Shown here in pieces: positions 59,824 through 64,000 of a stretch of DNA of 64,000 bases. Source of the DNA: the human T2T-CHM13v2.0 reference genome, Homo sapiens. The notes beneath the pieces are model-generated. The model was given only the letters and a program-made list of their open reading frames with translations, ran no database searches and was not told the origin of the DNA. The translations under genes were made by a program, and so were the position numbers. Numbering within the stretch: the stretch's first letter is position 1; each line of letters begins with the position of its first letter. The DNA is taken from the NCBI RefSeq assembly GCF_009914755.1, contig NC_060925.1; one strand, given 5' to 3'.

Positions 59824-60608
59824 CAGTGGGTCAGACATACCATGTAGAGGATGCTCACATTGTTTGCTAAATTGGGATAAGGAACTTTAAGTTTCCTTCC
59901 TACTCCAAGATTTCATGTGAAAGGTACTTTCTTCCCTTAAATTATCTTATCATTGTTTTCAGTTGGTTGGTTGCTTAGGATAGAAAAACATTTCATTTTA
60001 TATATAAGTAAAACCATGAAAACAGTAATGCTACTTTTAACATTATCATCATCTTAAGATGATATGGCATTTTATATTTTTCAAAGAACATTCACAGGTA
60101 ACATTTTAGATCAAATGGAAATAAGGTCAAATGAATAACATGGTACATGTATATGCCAAACTGTAATTGTTAGATTCAAGGATGGTAGCATTTTAGGCAG
60201 AAGACAAATCTCTTTAATTAGAAATGCAGGCTGCTAAGCACAGCCAGTAATGAGGAGAGAAGAGAGAAGTCACACAGGACATAGTTTGAATGCAGTGCTC
60301 TTCTGTCCAGATCAGTTGGTCATACTGTACCAGGCTACGGGGTTATACTGATTGTACATCAGCATATCTATGATGTCATCCATGTATGAAGCATCCTTAG
60401 GTTAAACATGTTGAAACATGATAAAACGTGTCTTAGAATTAACGAAATGTAATATATCTCTAGAGCTAATTTTGGAAGCCAATGGGCAACAGTTTGGCAT
60501 TTGAATAACTCTTGGTCAGGTTAAATGCTTCATATTAAATATTGTTGGTCACTATATTTAAATATCTCTAAATGGAGAATGTGATATAGTGATATGTGGA
60601 ACTATATC

Positions 60609-61147
60609 TGTCACAGGGTAAATCTCAAAATTGGGGTTCAGCCCAGGAGGCCAAGTGGGTTCTTGGCTTCACGCAGGAAAGAATTCAAGAGAGGATAACA
60701 AAGTAAAGAGAAAGCAAGTTTATTAAGAAAGTGAAGGAATAAAATGGTGGCTACTCCATAGGCAGAGCAGCTCCAAGGGCTACTGGTTGGCTAGTTTTAT
60801 GGTTATTTCTTGATCATATGCTAAACAAGGGGTGGATTATTCATGAGTTTTCCAGGAAGGGAGTGAGGAATTTCCAGAACTGAGGGTTCCTTCCCTTTTT
60901 AGACTATATAGGATAACTTCCAGACATTGTCATGGCCTTTGTAAACTGTCATGGTGCTGGTGGGAGTGCCTTTAGCATGCTGATGCATTGTAACTACGTA
61001 TAATGAGCAGTGAGGATGAACAGAGGTCACTTTTGTCACCATCTTGATTCTGGCTGGTTTCATCTGGCTTTGGCTGGCTTCCTTACCACATCCTATTGTA
61101 TTAGCAGGGTCTTGTGACCTGTGTCTTGGGAAACTAGTCCTACCTCA
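60609..61147 (-). mobile_element. ERV1 solo LTR (LTR8-like)
   Basis: gggttcttggcttcacgcaggaaagaattcaag...aagcaagtttattaag...cctacctca. Confidence 0.85.
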
Positions 61148-61954
61148 ATAAATAGTTGAAAAGGTGGATAGTAGATAGAAAGGCATAATTTTCTTCTTGA
61201 CTATTTTAAGGATTTGAAGTCTTCAGAGAAACAAAGAAAAAGAGGAAAAGTCCTATTACTGCTAGATACACTATAGTGAATGAAAAAGACTTTTTTCCAG
61301 TATGCCTAAACAGTATTTTGATCACTGTTTTTTTTGTTTGTTTGTTTGTTTGCCAGGTTTTGGGCAATAAAATCACATGTGAAAAATCCTCAGAGATTTT
61401 TAAAAAGTAGGAGAGACTTTAGAAATCATCTAGTATACCTTCTTCACATTACTAAATAGTAAACAGATTCAGGGAAGTAAATGCTGTATTTAGGGGGATA
61501 TACCTAAGTTATTCACAAAGCTAGCCCTAGAACCTCCTAGCTCCTAGACCAGGACAATTTTAGGATAACTAAATGCAAGGACAGTAGAAAGCAGAAAGAT
61601 GATTTTTTAAAATTCTTCTGAATTTTAAGTCTTGTGAAGTAGATACTTTTGAGCCATAGGATATTATGTGACCTAGGAGAAATTAGAGAAGATTTTTACC
61701 AACTCAGAAAGGTTTAATACTCAGGACGTGAATCCTTAGCATAGACATTTTCACGTTACTATGCACTAAGGACTTGAGAAAATATATAACATGAATATTC
61801 ATGAAAGTCACTTCAGCACAGGTCCCTCTGAAATTTCCTACAGAAAATGGCCTTCTTTCATTGAAAAGGTTTTAGGCTTACAGCTCTGTGAATTGGAATT
61901 TGAAAGTTGTCAATGCTGTGTTGATTTACTCGAGTTACTGATGATAGGAGCCTT

Positions 61955-63310
61955 TTGGTGTATTGGAGCTCTTTTGGATGTACGTGCAGAAACCCAACTG
62001 AAACTGACGTAAGCCAAAGTAAAGAAGTGATGTGTTATTGACTCACATAAGTGAAAAGTCTGGGGTAGGGCTCAAGTATGACTTTTTCCAGGGTTGCAAA
62101 CTCTGCCATTATAACTGGCCCCACTGTTTCTTGGCAGTGTTTCCTTCAGTGTTGGCTTCGTATGCAGGCAGGTTTTCCCCAGGTGTTTCCAAAATAACTC
62201 TCCAACTGCTATTTTCCCCTGCTGTCACACCACCACACCATCAACACAGGAGACTTCTGTGACCGGGGTCGGGGGAGGGGTTCCCCATACACCAAGCATG
62301 AACCCTAGCTGAGTGTCCTCTTCCAATTCAGTTTCACACTATCTACCTGGAGATAGTGTCAGATCCCACAGGTTGGGGGCTCAGTCCCCACAAGACCCCA
62401 GTAACCCTGGACACCAGTCTCTAATCCAGGCTCCCAGAACTTCTAACCAACTGGCTTTGAGTTGGGGTTCCCATGACCCCCTGTTTGGATTTAATTTGCT
62501 GGATCAGCTCACGGAACTCAGGAAACACTTATTTACATTTACGGGCTTATTATAAAGACTCCTGCGAAGGGTACAGATGAAGAGCTGTGTAGGGTGAGGT
62601 ATGTGGGAAGGGGTGCAGAGCTTCCATGCCCTCCCTGGGCACCACCACCCAGGAACTTCCACATGTTCAGCTATCCAGAAGCTCCTCAAACCAGGACTCT
62701 TGGGTTTTTATGGAAGCTTCTTGATGTTGGCATTCCTTTCCCCAGGCTATAGCGTGGGACCCTATCTGGGGAGGGTCTTAAAAACCACAGTCAGAAAGGT
62801 TAGGCAAGATTAGAGTCCTGCCTTGGGGCAGGTGAAAGGAGGGAGGAGAAGATCAGAGAGATTCTGTTTCTTGAGGCCTGCTCCTGGGGCGGAACACACC
62901 CAACATTATAACAAAAGACAATAGGAGTTATGAGCCAGGAACCAATACATGTTATGGACAAAAAACTATACATATATATTTATCATAACATTATAACACA
63001 ATGTGGCAAGAAGGTCACCAGCCACTCCAGTCACACATTATGCCAGCTGTGAGATAGGCAGAGAGAGCTCCTCCTTCCTCAGTTTCATTACTGGTATTTA
63101 TTCTCCTTGCACCATCCTGGGTCATGTCCCTAGGAAGATGGGAGGTATCGGTCACTGGTACAGAGGTGTGAGAGGTGCGTGATCACCTTTATCCAAATCA
63201 ATTGAACTGACAGTCTGGAGAGTGGATGGCTCCCTCTGAAGAGGAATATCAAGGTGTCTCACCAACAGGGCCAGTGTCCATAGGGCTGTCCAAACAACAC
63301 ATAGCTTCTT
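61955..63310 (-). mobile_element. Degenerate MLT1J-type LTR split by MER21C
   Basis: cagaaacccaactgaaactg...ttattgactcacataa; resumes at ~63001. Confidence 0.55.
62222..63000 (-). mobile_element. MER21C-type solo LTR
   Basis: gacttctgtgacc...cagatcccacaggttgggggctcagtccc...cccaacattataacaaaagac. Confidence 0.88.
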
Positions 63311-63423
63311 CCTTTTGCTTAGATGTCACCGTTTAAGGATGTTCGTGCACAAGGTAGTATTTAGAAATTTAGAAAATAAATCATCTTTCCACATTCAGTG
63401 CATCTTTGCTTCCAGTCTGATTT

Positions 63424-63948
63424 TGATACGGGAGTTCAGAAGAAAGTACCTGGGCAGATAGTGAGGGTAGGGGCATCCTCGGTAAGATTTTCCTTTTAAT
63501 GTAAAGCAGCCCCCAAATGGCATGTTCAGAATGGCGGCTCCATCTGCCCTTCTCTCTATCAGTCACGTGTAGAGTAAGGAGCAGAGAAGATGGTGTCCTT
63601 AGAGTGGAAAGTCTATTTGCATAATAAGATTAGGGTGGGGTGGCCAGCCTTCTCTGCAAGCTATGTAAAGGTCACTCCTGATGGAACCAATGTGTTGGCC
63701 CTACATAAATCAGACACCACCTCCTCAAGCTGAAATATAAAATCCAGCTCATCCATCCCAGCCGGCCTTTTCCTCTCGGAATCCCGTCTCTATCACTAGA
63801 GAGGGAGCTCTTTTCCTTTCTCTTTCTTTCTCTTTCTTTTGCCTATTAAACCTCCTCTCCTAAACTCCTCCTGTATGTCTGTGTCCTGAATTTTCTTGGC
63901 GCGAGACAATGAGCCCCGGGTATTTACCCCAGACAACGTACCGCTTGA
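63424..63948 (+). mobile_element. ERV1 solo LTR (LTR9-like)
   Basis: tgatacgggagttcagaagaaag...; tataaaa box, attaaa signal; 4-bp TSD attt. Confidence 0.88.
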
Positions 63949-64000
63949 ATTTTACTAGTCCAGTGGAGGCTCCCATTGTCAAAGCCCTTTATAGCAAAGC

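Noticed and set aside
58334-63948. A single provirus between the two related LTRs
   Set aside because: Opposite orientations, separate TSDs and no gag/pol sequence between them.

Overview
Primate (very probably human) non-coding genomic DNA, AT-rich and repeat-dense. It holds about 30 Alu elements, MIR/L2/L1M fragments, TcMar DNA-transposon relics (MER2, MADE1, Tigger2a, MER6) and about a dozen solo LTRs, clustered at 51-64 kb. I find no intact protein-coding exon, and nearly all ORFs in the supplied track are Alu/LTR read-through artefacts. I cannot identify a host gene. The one protein-derived feature is an intronless, internally deleted, strongly GC3-enriched cTAGE5/MIA2-family retro-pseudogene at ~24.3-25.5 kb, which looks like the fossil of a once-translated 'mini-cTAGE' retrogene. 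Other points of interest are a MADE1 hairpin with symmetric substitutions beside a strong 70-nt candidate exon, and an 87-bp tandem duplication carrying ETS and forkhead motifs plus a 15-nt match to miR-30d. Repeat subfamily names and reference-sequence comparisons are from memory and need RepeatMasker/BLAST confirmation.
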